In this document: one piece after another, positions 1-9,236 of the stretch | Numbering within the stretch: position 1 is the stretch's first letter | Layout of the letters: each line of letters starts with the position of its first letter | IMG/VR virus record: IMGVR_UViG_3300045902_000304 | Origin: an uncultured virus (IMG/VR IMGVR_UViG_3300045902_000304) | Taxonomy: Duplodnaviria > Heunggongvirae > Uroviricota > Caudoviricetes | Reading direction: 5' to 3' (one strand) | Length of the DNA stretch: 64,000 bases | The notes under the pieces: generated by a model | Database searches by the model: none | Told to the model about the DNA's origin: nothing | The model's input: only the letters and a program-made list of their open reading frames with translations | Position numbers and translations under genes: made by a program

Positions 1-430
1 CATAATCTGGTTTCAGACTTTTGTAAAACGCCAACATCTCATCCGTCTGTGCAAACTTGCAATTCGTTATCAGCCATCCCGCATCTTCATAATCTGGTTT
101 CAGACTTTTGTAAAACGCCAACATCTCATCCGTCTGTGCAAACTTGCAATTCGTTATCAGCCATCCCGCATCTTCATAATCTGGTTTCAGACTTTTGTAA
201 AACGCCAACATCTCATCCGTCTGTGCAAACTTGCAATTCGTTATCAGCCATCCCGCATCTTCATAATCTGGTTTCAGACTTTTGTAAAACGCCAACATCT
301 CCTCAGTTTGTGCAAACTTGCAATTCGTTATCAGCCATCTCGCATCTTTATAACTTGGATTTAAACCCTTGTAATACTCCAATATTTCCTCCGTCTGAGC
401 AAACTTGCAAAAACTTATCAACCATCTAAC
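1..430. repeat. 87-bp tandem repeat (three identical units 1-261, then degenerate units)
   Basis: cataatctgg recurs at 1, 88, 175 and 262. Encodes YEDAGWLITNCKFAQTDEMLAFYKSLKPD on the minus strand. Confidence 0.95.
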
Positions 431-559
431 ATCTTCATATAGCTCACCTCTTTTTTCTATTTCTTCAACCGCATCAAACACCTCCGGCAGGTCAGCATAT
501 CTATCACAAGGGGTGTCCAGTAAGTCAGTCTTTCTGATTATCAAGCTCGGCTTTATCAT
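1..559 (-). CDS. 29-aa repeat family protein, paralog 1 (runs off left edge of window)
   Basis: Not in ORF track. Manual translation from ATG at 559: MIKPSLIIRKTDLLDTPCDRYADLPEVFDAVEEIEKRGELYEDVRWLISFCKFAQTEEILEYYKGLNPSY..., open to position 1. Same N-terminus and repeats as 17059-17415 and 17427-18140. Confidence 0.9.
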   Translation of the reverse strand, partial: MIKPSLIIRKTDLLDTPCDRYADLPEVFDAVEEIEKRGELYEDVRWLISFCKFAQTEEILEYYKGLNPSYKDARWLITNCKFAQTEEMLAFYKSLKPDYEDAGWLITNCKFAQTDEMLAFYKSLKPDYEDAGWLITNCKFAQTDEMLAFYKSLKPDYEDAGWLITNCKFAQTDEMLAFYKSLKPDY

Positions 560-581
560 TGGTTTTAAATATTAATTTCAC

Positions 582-875
582 TTATTCCTGTGAATCTGAT
601 GCTGTTTTCGGTTTTAATTCGTCAAATATCGGTGGACGATAATTGTAGTACGGGTCAGGGATAACCTCAAAACCAGCATGTAAAAGAGTGTCAGAAATGA
701 TACCATTGATGAGTTCGTTCCAAAAGTTCCTCGAAAATCTACTGTTAAGCCAACGCTCTACATGTTGGGGGACTTTGTTGACTAACTCTATTGTATCTTC
801 AACGTAATCCGCATTAATATCATAGTCAAACTTCAAAGTGAAGTTATCCTTTTTTCTTAGACGTATCTCTACCAT
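582..875 (-). CDS. hypothetical protein
   Basis: 97-aa ORF with A-rich leader, co-oriented with the downstream repeat gene. Confidence 0.7.
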   Translation of the reverse strand: MVEIRLRKKDNFTLKFDYDINADYVEDTIELVNKVPQHVERWLNSRFSRNFWNELINGIISDTLLHAGFEVIPDPYYNYRPPIFDELKPKTASDSQE

Positions 876-953
876 ATTTGTTTATGTTTTTAGTTTGTGT
901 ATTTTTACAGCCACAAAAATCATAATCAATAACACAATTAATATATATATTAG

Positions 954-1391
954 ATGAAGGCTACCAAAACGCACGGTGAAATAGAGAAAATTGTCGATGT
1001 GTTGAATAGATACCTGATGATGGTGGATAAAAATGCAAATTACTTACCCGTAAAAAAGGCCAATACTCTTATCAGGAAAATAACTAAACAACACAACGAG
1101 CTAAAAGCCGAAAAGCTAACAGAACTACGGGAAAACAATTGCCTACTTGGTGAGAAAAAGGAAATACTTACGGACGAAAAAGGCAATATGATTTTTACGC
1201 CGGAAGGCAGCAAAGCCGTAAGGGAAGGCTACAAAAAGTTTTTGGCAACAACTATTGAAGTTGACTATAACGAGCAGCTCAACTTTTCAGACCTTGAAGA
1301 TTGTCTGCCTGAAAGCATTAAGGGTATAATGCCTGAAATTGATGATGAAGAAAAAGACCTTTTAAGCCCATTTTATTTGTTTAACGACTAA
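954..1391 (+). CDS. hypothetical protein
   Basis: 145-aa ORF at the head of the lysis-like cluster. Confidence 0.75.
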   Translation: MKATKTHGEIEKIVDVLNRYLMMVDKNANYLPVKKANTLIRKITKQHNELKAEKLTELRENNCLLGEKKEILTDEKGNMIFTPEGSKAVREGYKKFLATTIEVDYNEQLNFSDLEDCLPESIKGIMPEIDDEEKDLLSPFYLFND

Positions 1392-1396
1392 TTAGT

Positions 1397-1669
1397 ATGA
1401 ACCCACATAACTTAACTGAAATTAAAGAGCCTATCATTGCTATATTGGCTTGGTGTGTACAAGGAATACTCGGTGGCGCACTTGGTATGTATGCCTACAT
1501 ATACGCAACCGAAGAAAATCTCCTCTTAATAAAAATAGTCCGTGAAATGTTAGGGGTAATTGCAGGGGTAATATCTATCATAGCTCTTGCTATATACACA
1601 CATAGGCTTATATATTCCAAAATCAATAGCCGAAACACCAAAAAGAAAGATGATAAATCAGGCAATTAA
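1397..1669 (+). CDS. putative holin
   Basis: 90 aa, two hydrophobic segments, basic C-tail, upstream of endolysin. Confidence 0.5.
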   Translation: MNPHNLTEIKEPIIAILAWCVQGILGGALGMYAYIYATEENLLLIKIVREMLGVIAGVISIIALAIYTHRLIYSKINSRNTKKKDDKSGN

Positions 1670-2228
1670 ATATATATTTTTTGCTGGGTTTTTTGCGCTT
1701 CTAACAATAGCCGCAATAAACCAATGCGATAGAAACAAAAAAATTCGTACTGAAAGAGACGGACTTAAAAATATTGTAACCCATTCAATAGATACAGGCA
1801 GAAACAAATTAGGCGAGCCGCATGCTACCGTTCCTGTGGTTGAGCTATCTGAATCAACATTAAGAACAGTAACCCCAGAACTTGATAGTATAGAAAGCCG
1901 TTTTAATACATCTACAAAAAGGGTAATTACTTTTATATCTATACAAACCGAAAGAAATAACTACCTGAGACTGGCAGGGAAAGACACTATCATGGATGGG
2001 GATACAGTCAAATACTTTAAATCCAAAACAGCCACATATATCCAAAAAAAAGATAGCCTGATAGTAAGCGAAAAGTCAGGTGTTAAAAATACTTATGTTG
2101 TTATCCGAAAAGGTAAACGAACTAAGTGGTGGAAAGTATGGAGCAAAAGACCTACAATGGCCAATGTTTATATAACCGATAGCCTTGTAGATATTAAAGA
2201 CTTCAAAGTGCATTCTGTAATCAAATAA
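1650..2228 (+). CDS. membrane-anchored protein, possible spanin
   Basis: N-terminal TM helix (YIFFAGFFALLTIAAI) then soluble domain; lysis context; start taken at MINQAIK. Confidence 0.45.
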   Translation: MINQAIKYIFFAGFFALLTIAAINQCDRNKKIRTERDGLKNIVTHSIDTGRNKLGEPHATVPVVELSESTLRTVTPELDSIESRFNTSTKRVITFISIQTERNNYLRLAGKDTIMDGDTVKYFKSKTATYIQKKDSLIVSEKSGVKNTYVVIRKGKRTKWWKVWSKRPTMANVYITDSLVDIKDFKVHSVIK

Positions 2229-2237
2229 TATATTCTT

Positions 2238-2609
2238 ATGCCTATTAAAGAGATTATCAAAAGACTTAAACATAACGAAACCTTTAAAGCGTTTAATGAT
2301 GTAATACTGCTTATAGTGTTTGGATTGGCTTTTTTGGTTTTATACGCTGTCGCATTTTTGTTTTTAGGAGATTTCTCCGGCATGTTTGCTCCCGGCATTT
2401 TTATATCCGGCATAGCCGTGTTCCCTATGGCAGCCGGGATATTTGCATTTGCTACTTTGTGCCTTAATCTTTCTTTCCCTGACTTATACAAGATTTTGTA
2501 TCGGCAAAATAATATTTTTGATTCCCATTGGGATAAGATTAAGATAGCCTTATGGGTGTATAGCTTGTATATATTTGTCCCTTGCCTTATAGCTATGGCT
2601 TTATTGTGA
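2238..2609 (+). CDS. multi-pass membrane protein (lysis module, possible holin)
   Basis: About three hydrophobic helices; stop overlaps endolysin start. Confidence 0.55.
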   Translation: MPIKEIIKRLKHNETFKAFNDVILLIVFGLAFLVLYAVAFLFLGDFSGMFAPGIFISGIAVFPMAAGIFAFATLCLNLSFPDLYKILYRQNNIFDSHWDKIKIALWVYSLYIFVPCLIAMALL

Positions 2610-3169
2610 TGGTTGGCATATTTGACATTAAAAGCGCAGCCATAATAGCCACTGCAAGCCTGTTTGCAGCTATCCTATTTACTTTTGAAATACCTAAGCC
2701 AAAACCAGCCGATGGTTGTCAGTGTGATAATGAATACATTGTTAATGTAGCACTTAAAGAGGTTGGCGTAAGAGAACAAGGCGGTAATAACAGAGGGGAA
2801 AGGGTTGAGGAGTATATAGCCGCTGGGGGTGGCAAGCCCGGCGAGGCATGGTGCGCCTATTTTCTTGTATGGACTTGGTTAATATCTGACTGTGGTTTGC
2901 ATGGCAATGGATGGTCTCCTTCGTGGTTTAAGCCTTCAAGACAAATACAGCATGAACATATAAAAGGTGGCGATACTGGCGGGGTGTATAATGTAAAGCT
3001 AAAAAGAGTTAGCCATATATTCCTTGTTTGGAAAACAAAGGGTGATTTAATATATACGATAGAGGGCAACACATCATCAGGAGGTGGGCGTGATGGTGAT
3101 GGTGTGCGAAGCCTTGTGAGACATAAGAAAAACGTGGCCGTATGGTCAAGGAATTGGTGTGTGAATTAG
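2609..3169 (+). CDS. CHAP-domain endolysin with N-terminal hydrophobic anchor
   Basis: EVGVREQGGNNRG...AWCAYF (catalytic Cys), SHIFLV (His), TIEGNT. Confidence 0.8.
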   Translation: MVGIFDIKSAAIIATASLFAAILFTFEIPKPKPADGCQCDNEYIVNVALKEVGVREQGGNNRGERVEEYIAAGGGKPGEAWCAYFLVWTWLISDCGLHGNGWSPSWFKPSRQIQHEHIKGGDTGGVYNVKLKRVSHIFLVWKTKGDLIYTIEGNTSSGGGRDGDGVRSLVRHKKNVAVWSRNWCVN

Positions 3170-3272
3170 GCAATTTAAACTTTAGATGATATTACAAAAA
3201 TAAACCGTGCCATCTGCTAACCGCACCTAATAGTATTTCACTAATTTTTTTATGATTATTTTTAATATTTAG

Positions 3273-3854
3273 TTATTTTTTCCATTCTTTATAAGATTTT
3301 AACATTTCATATAAATATTCATGAAACTCTTCTTTAATGTAAAATTCTCTAAGACGCCATAAATCATATACAGAATTAAAATCTGGTTTTAAAGATTTAT
3401 AGTAATCAAACATTTTTTTTGTTTGGGCAAATTTGCAATCTTGAATAACAGAAGCAACATCATTATAATCTGGTTTTAAGGATATAAAAAAATCTAACAT
3501 TTCTTCAGTTTGAGCAATTTTACAACTTTTTAAAACCCAATAAAAATTGCTCCCATAAAATGGTTTTGATGCTTTATACAAATCAAGCATTTCTTGAGTT
3601 TGTGCAAATTCAAAAGCGACCATTAATTTCCCAATAAGTTCAAAGTTTTTTGGCTTTCGAGACATAAAGTAATCTAATATTTCTTTATTTCTTGCCTTTG
3701 GACAACGATGAATCAGGTATGCAACATCGTCAGCATAATTCCCTCTTTTTCTAATTTCCTCAATAGCATCAAATTCTTCTGGTAAATCATCAAAATACCA
3801 AGTATCCCCTAATAAATCAGTTTTTTTAATTATTAATTTAGGCACTTCCATCAT
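3273..3854 (-). CDS. 29-aa repeat family protein, paralog 2 (divergent)
   Basis: PKLIIKKTDLL...LPEEFDAIEEIRKRG N-terminus; CKFAQTKKMFDYYKSLKPD-type repeats. Confidence 0.85.
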   Translation of the reverse strand: MMEVPKLIIKKTDLLGDTWYFDDLPEEFDAIEEIRKRGNYADDVAYLIHRCPKARNKEILDYFMSRKPKNFELIGKLMVAFEFAQTQEMLDLYKASKPFYGSNFYWVLKSCKIAQTEEMLDFFISLKPDYNDVASVIQDCKFAQTKKMFDYYKSLKPDFNSVYDLWRLREFYIKEEFHEYLYEMLKSYKEWKK

Positions 3855-3926
3855 AGTTATCAATTTTATAATAAACTCTAAATTGCTCCCAAAGATAATC
3901 AAACCATCTTACTTTTGAAATAAGAA

Positions 3927-3962
3927 AGTCGGCAACGACCGCCAAGCCGCAAAGCGTTATGC
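3927..3962 (+). repeat. attC-like right half-site
   Basis: cgccaagccgcaaagcGTTATGC; the TAA stop of minus-strand gene 3957-4232 lies in the core. Confidence 0.6.
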
Positions 3963-4232
3963 GAAAGGAGGCTTAGGAAATTTATGCCAGTATTTAACAT
4001 CCAAATCATCACTTTCACATTCAGCAACTATTCGGCCATTTTCTTCATAAATCACTCCATTGCTTTCTGCCCAATGCCATCCGCAATCTTGCTCATAAGC
4101 TCTACACCCTATCGAAGTCCAGCCTTTCCCGTTGCTGATAAATACAGTTTCAAGTATATCGGGCAATTGAACATTTACGTCAATCCACCCCTCATGCGGG
4201 GTTTCTTGGTTTAATTTTGTTTTCGTTTCCAT
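3957..4232 (-). CDS. DUF551-like small phage protein
   Basis: WIDVNVQLP...VKYWHKFPKPP pattern. Confidence 0.65.
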   Translation of the reverse strand: METKTKLNQETPHEGWIDVNVQLPDILETVFISNGKGWTSIGCRAYEQDCGWHWAESNGVIYEENGRIVAECESDDLDVKYWHKFPKPPFA

Positions 4233-4273
4233 ATTAAAAATTGTTGTTAAGTTGATAAATTCGATTTAAAAAT

Positions 4274-4307
4274 CCAGCACGAACGCAAAGCTGCTGAAAC
4301 GTTGTAG
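4274..4307 (+). repeat. attC-like right half-site
   Basis: gcaaagctgctgaaacGTTGTAGgcagtgc. Confidence 0.5.
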
Positions 4308-4313
4308 GCAGTG

Positions 4314-4481
4314 CTACTTCCTTGCTTCGGATTTGACTTTAAGAAATTCATCGTAAGAAATCCTTTCCCATAAGTTTCTAAATCCTGTTTGCCATTTAAT
4401 AGCTTCATACTTTGCTTTCCCTTTTTTCCAAGGTCTTATGATTAATTCATAAGTAAATCCTTTGTATCTAAAATCTGCCAT
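4314..4481 (-). CDS. small hypothetical protein (55 aa)
   Basis: Manual translation MADFRYKGFTYELIIRPWKKGKAKYEAIKWQTGFRNLWERISYDEFLKVKSEARK*; below the ORF-track cutoff. Confidence 0.65.
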   Translation of the reverse strand: MADFRYKGFTYELIIRPWKKGKAKYEAIKWQTGFRNLWERISYDEFLKVKSEARK

Positions 4482-4522
4482 TTCGTTTTCAAATTAAATT
4501 TAGTGCTGATAAACCGCTCAGC

Positions 4523-4550
4523 ACATAACAGCGGTTTGGCAAAAGCCCGA
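4523..4550 (+). repeat. attC-like left half-site
   Basis: ACATAACagcggtttggcaaaagc; near-identical to the left arm at 11136. Confidence 0.6.
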
Positions 4551-5147
4551 TTATTGTACCTTCCCTTTCTCCACAAGCCATAGCCATTTCTCCCTGCCCT
4601 GATTGAATGTCTTGTCGCCTCTAACCACCTTAAAAGGAAACGCCTTGCCATTTTTCTTGCTAACAGGATACAAAATAAATACATCTAACTCACCAACACT
4701 CATATAGTGATATGCCTGCCTGTCGTAATCAAATGTATATACTGACTTTATAAACTGTTGTATGTCCGTCTTGTCAGTAGTCTTATAGTCTGCACCAAAT
4801 TTCCCGGTGTGAGTGTCATACTTGTCAAACAATGCCCGGCAAGCTATACCCTCCACTGTGTTGATTATTGCTACCTGATTGCTCCAGCCCTTAATAATGT
4901 CGTAAAAAGCATTATCCCTAACACCCCTCGCACATTTAACAGCATCCCCAAACCATTCCTCATTGATATACTTTGAAACATGCTCACTCTGGGTCAAAAT
5001 AGCATCCACACAAGAACCAAATGCAAAGGACTTTGTAGATGAACGTATGTAATCTCCTACAAGACCTTTCTTTATTTCAGTAAGCCCACTATTGCTTAAC
5101 TCTGGCCGACTGAAATATTCTTCCGGTGTAATTGGTAAAATTTGCAT
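4551..5147 (-). CDS. PD-(D/E)XK exonuclease (RecE/DUF3799-like)
   Basis: LSNSGL, FGSCVDAILT, CRALFDKY, ADYKTT, YDRQAYHY motifs; near SSB and RecT. Confidence 0.8.
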   Translation of the reverse strand: MQILPITPEEYFSRPELSNSGLTEIKKGLVGDYIRSSTKSFAFGSCVDAILTQSEHVSKYINEEWFGDAVKCARGVRDNAFYDIIKGWSNQVAIINTVEGIACRALFDKYDTHTGKFGADYKTTDKTDIQQFIKSVYTFDYDRQAYHYMSVGELDVFILYPVSKKNGKAFPFKVVRGDKTFNQGREKWLWLVEKGKVQ

Positions 5148-5174
5148 ATATTTGTCGTGTTAAATCTTATTGAC

Positions 5175-5414
5175 ATGTCTAAAATAGTAACTCTCCCAAA
5201 TGTAAAAAGAATTGGTGCGTCCATAAATAATCCGGCAGTCACCAAAAACTTTCTCGTGAACAACATTCTGCCCGATACAGTGGCAAATGTTTATGGTGAA
5301 GCTAACACTTCTCGGTTCAGTCTGCAAACCGGGAAAGGCTACCCTGAAAAGGTCAAGGTAGGCCTACCCGCTTCTACTGTGAATGCCTATATATTGGCAG
5401 CCGCTAACAGCTAA
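5175..5414 (+). CDS. hypothetical protein, inverted within recombination module
   Basis: 79 aa, preceded by TATATTTG at 5147-5154. Confidence 0.6.
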   Translation: MSKIVTLPNVKRIGASINNPAVTKNFLVNNILPDTVANVYGEANTSRFSLQTGKGYPEKVKVGLPASTVNAYILAAANS

Positions 5415-5773
5415 AAAGGCAAATCATCTGATTCGCTTGAACTGCCAGCACTCAATGGGTGTTGGCTTTCTGTGTTTGTACTTGGCTCTGCCTTACCAGA
5501 AAAGTCTATATTCAAAACCGTGACCTTAGTGTAATACTTGTCATCTTTCTTGTCAATAGAAACAACGCCTTGCACTGTTACCCTTGTGCCTTTGCTAACA
5601 TATTGCTCAATCACATCTGCAAGTTTTTCCCACGCCGAACAATTGAAATAGGACACCTTTTCTTTGTTGTGGTTGTGTGCCACTGAAAACTCGACAACTT
5701 TTTTGCCGTTCACATTTTTTGATACCGGATTTGCGGTCACATTGCCGCTAACTACTAACTGATTTATACTCAT
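5411..5773 (-). CDS. ssb: single-stranded DNA-binding protein
   Basis: NQLVVSGNVTANP OB-fold start, KGTRVTVQG, acidic tail DDLPF. Confidence 0.92.
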   Translation of the reverse strand: MSINQLVVSGNVTANPVSKNVNGKKVVEFSVAHNHNKEKVSYFNCSAWEKLADVIEQYVSKGTRVTVQGVVSIDKKDDKYYTKVTVLNIDFSGKAEPSTNTESQHPLSAGSSSESDDLPF

Positions 5774-5784
5774 TTTTTTACTGT

Positions 5785-6804
5785 TTACGCTTTTACCACT
5801 TCTACCATTCGTACACCATTAATGACGGTTTCGTTTTTCTTATACTCCGAATTTGCGAAGTTAAGCATTACCCCTAAATTCTTTGCACACCACTCAGGAG
5901 TAAGTTTCCCTTTTTGATGATAAAAAGCAATTATAGCCAACCACTCAGCAGCCGTTTCGGGGCTATACTTCTTCTCTACCTTTATCTTCAAAGCTCCGCT
6001 TGGGCTAATCTCAGGAATGGTGTCAATAGCTGCCATTGTTGTAGCCATCGCAATTTCTGCCTCCATATTGCGCTCTGCAACCTCAATAGCCTGCTCAGCT
6101 TCCTCTCTTGCTACTTCAAGAGAGGGCTGTAACTCAAAGTCTGCCATATCCCTTGCGTATGCCGGCACTAATTCATTCTTGCACTCAACAAATACATTGT
6201 GCACAAGTTTCTTAGCCTCTGCCTCTGTGTGATGCTTATATCCTACACTTGCCATTGCTTGGGCGCAAAGCCTCTTGTACTCTACATCTGATAGGTACTT
6301 GACGAATGGCTTCCCATCTACACAAAGTTGCTTTTGCTCTAACGTGAACTTGCTTATTTCGGACAACAAGTTAGCCTTAAATGCGCTTACTATTGTTGTT
6401 GCCTCTTTGGTCTTTTCGGCTTTTAATAACGCTTCCTGCTCTGCTTTACGCCTTTGCTCAAGCTCTATCTCTGCTTTCTTATTGAGTAGCGCTTGCATCT
6501 GTGCCAATATTTGCTCTATCTCGTTCTCCTTAGCGGTAAACATTTTTATCACCTCATTGAATGGTCGGGACTTTTCTTTCCTAAGCTCTGACCCTTTTTT
6601 AAGACTTGCAGCTATCTTGCTCTTTACATCCTTCAATGCCTCATGGTCTAACTCCATGATAGGCATTTGTGCGAATCTTTGATACTGGGCCTTTGCAGAT
6701 TGGCTTAACTGTTCAAAGCCATTGTACAGCGATTGAAACTCGCTATTAGAATGGGCTAATGAACTCAATACTGCTTGAACTGGTGCTAATTCTTTGTTCT
6801 CCAT
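5785..6804 (-). CDS. coiled-coil protein of recombination module
   Basis: 339 aa, helical and charged, between RecT-like gene and ssb. Confidence 0.7.
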   Translation of the reverse strand: MENKELAPVQAVLSSLAHSNSEFQSLYNGFEQLSQSAKAQYQRFAQMPIMELDHEALKDVKSKIAASLKKGSELRKEKSRPFNEVIKMFTAKENEIEQILAQMQALLNKKAEIELEQRRKAEQEALLKAEKTKEATTIVSAFKANLLSEISKFTLEQKQLCVDGKPFVKYLSDVEYKRLCAQAMASVGYKHHTEAEAKKLVHNVFVECKNELVPAYARDMADFELQPSLEVAREEAEQAIEVAERNMEAEIAMATTMAAIDTIPEISPSGALKIKVEKKYSPETAAEWLAIIAFYHQKGKLTPEWCAKNLGVMLNFANSEYKKNETVINGVRMVEVVKA

Positions 6805-7579
6805 TGTCTCTATTTATTTTATTTATTTGATTGTACTCTTCTCTGTTTGCTGCTTGCTCTAAATATTCCTCTTCATAGTCCGGTGCCTCTGCAATAGCTC
6901 TTGCTATTTCTGAGTGCTCAGGAGTAATAATGTTTATGAACAACTCATTACACAGCATTTTTACCGCTGTCTTACCATACATTTCTATATCCCACTCCTT
7001 CCAAACATAATCAGTCTTTGCCTTGCTTTTGCGCTTATCAAGCCTGTATAGCTCTACAAAAAGGTCTATCTGAACTCCGTTTTTCTTAACAGCGCTTGCA
7101 ACTACTCCATATATCCCTCTACTTTTTTGATGTGCTTCACTTTGTATAGGTATGTAGGTGTGCTTAATAACCCGTCTGTTTATAGGGTCATAAACAAATC
7201 CATTGCCTCCATCTGCTGCGGCCTCGTCTTTATACACAACCGTGTATCTAATATCTTCTGCTGCGCCTGATAGCCTCGCCAGCTTAGCGTAAGCCCTCCA
7301 TTGAAAGCCCAATGTACAAACGCCGTTCCTAACCTCGAAAAAAAGCTCTTTGGCAAATGATTGGTCAAGACTAAATATTACCAAATTAACGGCTTTCTTA
7401 ACCGCCGACTTAATGCTTTCGTAGTTGGTGCAAGCCCTAAGTGCATCGCCTTGCTTGCCAGGTGCATCAAATATAGACTTGGCTATATTTATCTCTGAGT
7501 ATATGCGTGATTCAGGCACGCTTTTTTCTTCAAGCAGCTCTTTTTGGGCTGCTTCAATGGCTTCGTGTATTGTTTTCAT
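6746..7579 (-). CDS. RecT-like single-strand annealing recombinase
   Basis: LGFQWRAYAKLARLSG, VVYKDE, VWKEWDIEMYGKTAVK match the RecT pattern. Confidence 0.75.
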   Translation of the reverse strand: MKTIHEAIEAAQKELLEEKSVPESRIYSEINIAKSIFDAPGKQGDALRACTNYESIKSAVKKAVNLVIFSLDQSFAKELFFEVRNGVCTLGFQWRAYAKLARLSGAAEDIRYTVVYKDEAAADGGNGFVYDPINRRVIKHTYIPIQSEAHQKSRGIYGVVASAVKKNGVQIDLFVELYRLDKRKSKAKTDYVWKEWDIEMYGKTAVKMLCNELFINIITPEHSEIARAIAEAPDYEEEYLEQAANREEYNQINKINRDNGEQRISTSSSSIEFISPF

Positions 7580-7622
7580 GCTTATATTTTAATTAGTGCT
7601 GCAATAGTACGGCGGCAAAATG

Positions 7623-7934
7623 TCATTGATTGGCACTTTTCGACAAGTTGCCACAATTGCTCGACAAATAGTCTAATAATTTAGACAGATTTTTATCATC
7701 GTCCGGCACAAGAAATATGATATATTCAGTCCGTCTGCTTAATATGTATTTGGATAGTCCATTATTGATAGCTCTGTTTGCATGGTGCATATATGAGGTG
7801 CCTTCAACACACAGCCTCCAGCATTTAACGCCAATGACTGCATGGTAATAGTCTTTGTTTAGCCATGCTTTTGACTTATCCGGCCATTGCTTGTGCAGCC
7901 TTTCAATAAGGTCTTTAGGTGTTTCTTTTGGCAT
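7623..7934 (-). CDS. hypothetical protein
   Basis: Start moved to MPKETPK to avoid overlap with 8005-8232. Confidence 0.55.
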   Translation of the reverse strand: MPKETPKDLIERLHKQWPDKSKAWLNKDYYHAVIGVKCWRLCVEGTSYMHHANRAINNGLSKYILSRRTEYIIFLVPDDDKNLSKLLDYLSSNCGNLSKSANQ

Positions 7935-8004
7935 GTTAATGATAGTTAGGCCGTATGGGGTAGGTGGTAGCAGATGTTGCGCAAATGAATGAGTTAGTGC
8001 CATT

Positions 8005-8232
8005 TTAAGAACACATCCTATCTCCGGTATCACCGTTACCAATGTTACCACGTAACACAACAACACTACCTCGTTTTTTACACCAAGCATAATCCATAGT
8101 AATCCACCACCTACCATTATTGTTAGTTGTGCTACTGTTCTTTCTAAACTTGATATAAAAACGGCACATAACATCGGCTATATTCAATGCCGATATTTGT
8201 GATGCGTTTAAATTTTGTTCTTCGTTTGTCAT
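8005..8232 (-). CDS. hypothetical protein whose start lies within an attC-like loop
   Basis: MTNEEQNLNASQISALNIADVMCR; ALNIADVM is the antisense read-through of the hairpin left arm. Confidence 0.65.
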   Translation of the reverse strand: MTNEEQNLNASQISALNIADVMCRFYIKFRKNSSTTNNNGRWWITMDYAWCKKRGSVVVLRGNIGNGDTGDRMCS

Positions 8233-8297
8233 TTTATATGTTTATTAAAATTTTGCTTTTCAAAGTCGCCACTAAATATAGCCGATAACCGTTAGAC
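8166..8297 (+). repeat. complete attC-like site (132 bp)
   Basis: ACATAACatcggctatattcaatgccga ... tcgccactaaatatagccgataaccGTTAGAC; arms are complementary. Confidence 0.8.
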
Positions 8298-8342
8298 GAA
8301 AGCACTACCAGACTGCTAATCCGATAGTGCATCGCATCTTAA

Positions 8343-8981
8343 TTACTTCTTGTCATAGTATTTAAAAACTGCATCAAGTTGTTTTGGGTCTTTCAGAATG
8401 TAGTAATAACATTCATCAAAATTACTTTCAATATAATGCAAATTTCTAATTTCAGCTTCCTCTTTTGTAATTGGCACACGAACTACATCAATGTAAAATG
8501 TTTTCGGTTTGAAAGGAAATTTAACAAATTGTCTGCTACTGATTAACTCAAAATTCCTATCATCATAATAAACGTGTCCAGTAAATGTTTCCCAATCTTC
8601 GACACCTTTCCAAACAATAGCATACAAATAATAAGCCCTTGAAACATCTCCACTTATAAAGTGCGTTGTTTCTAAAAATAATGCGGAACACCTTTTGTTT
8701 TGTCTAAAAGTAATGTCTTTTGATATATCACTTTCCAAAGGTTCACTCCATTCGTTTTCGTGTCCTGTAACATCGCAAATAGGTTCTTGCAACATTAGTT
8801 TTTTTACTGCTTGTGAAATAGCATAAGCGGTGTAAGGTGCTGAACCACCACTTTGTCCTGATTTGCCAAATGCTTCACACAATGCAAGTATTTCTTTTGC
8901 AAATGGTGTAATAATAGCATCAGGTGTTGTTGCTGCAAGAATATCCAACTCTTGCTTTGCAAATTTTTGTGTATTTGTCAT
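8343..8981 (-). CDS. conserved-looking hypothetical phage protein (cassette-borne)
   Basis: 212 aa, FGKSGQSGGSAPY and QNKRCSALF motifs; lies between two attC-like sites. Confidence 0.8.
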   Translation of the reverse strand: MTNTQKFAKQELDILAATTPDAIITPFAKEILALCEAFGKSGQSGGSAPYTAYAISQAVKKLMLQEPICDVTGHENEWSEPLESDISKDITFRQNKRCSALFLETTHFISGDVSRAYYLYAIVWKGVEDWETFTGHVYYDDRNFELISSRQFVKFPFKPKTFYIDVVRVPITKEEAEIRNLHYIESNFDECYYYILKDPKQLDAVFKYYDKK

Positions 8982-9046
8982 TTTATGTATGTGGTTCACC
9001 TTTACACCACAAGGTTTTAAGTTTCAGTTTAATAAATCGTGCCATC

Positions 9047-9178
9047 GCATAACACACGCTTGATAAAAGTGGCGGGGCAGTACTCCGCTTGACATTTAGT
9101 GATACATTCAACATTTGTTCTCCACACCAACATTTGTGGTTAAATTCCCCGCCTTCGCCAAGTCCGAACCAGTTAGTC
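9047..9178 (+). repeat. complete attC-like site (132 bp)
   Basis: GCATAACacacgcttgataaaagtggcgggg ... ccccgccttcgccaagtccgaaccaGTTAGTC. Confidence 0.8.
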
Positions 9179-9236
9179 TAAAATACACTAAACTAATATT
9201 CATCCAAAAGCATATCAAGTTTTTGAGATAAAAAAT

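Noticed and set aside
49..429. Plus-strand 126-aa repeat ORF (also 17079-17273, 17456-17740, 17628-18104)
   Set aside because: Antisense shadows of the minus-strand 29-aa repeat genes.
1..430. CRISPR array
   Set aside because: Contiguous 87-bp coding units with no unique spacers and no cas genes.
3205..3230. Possible attC left core (ctgctaaccgcacc)
   Set aside because: No partner arm; too short to support.
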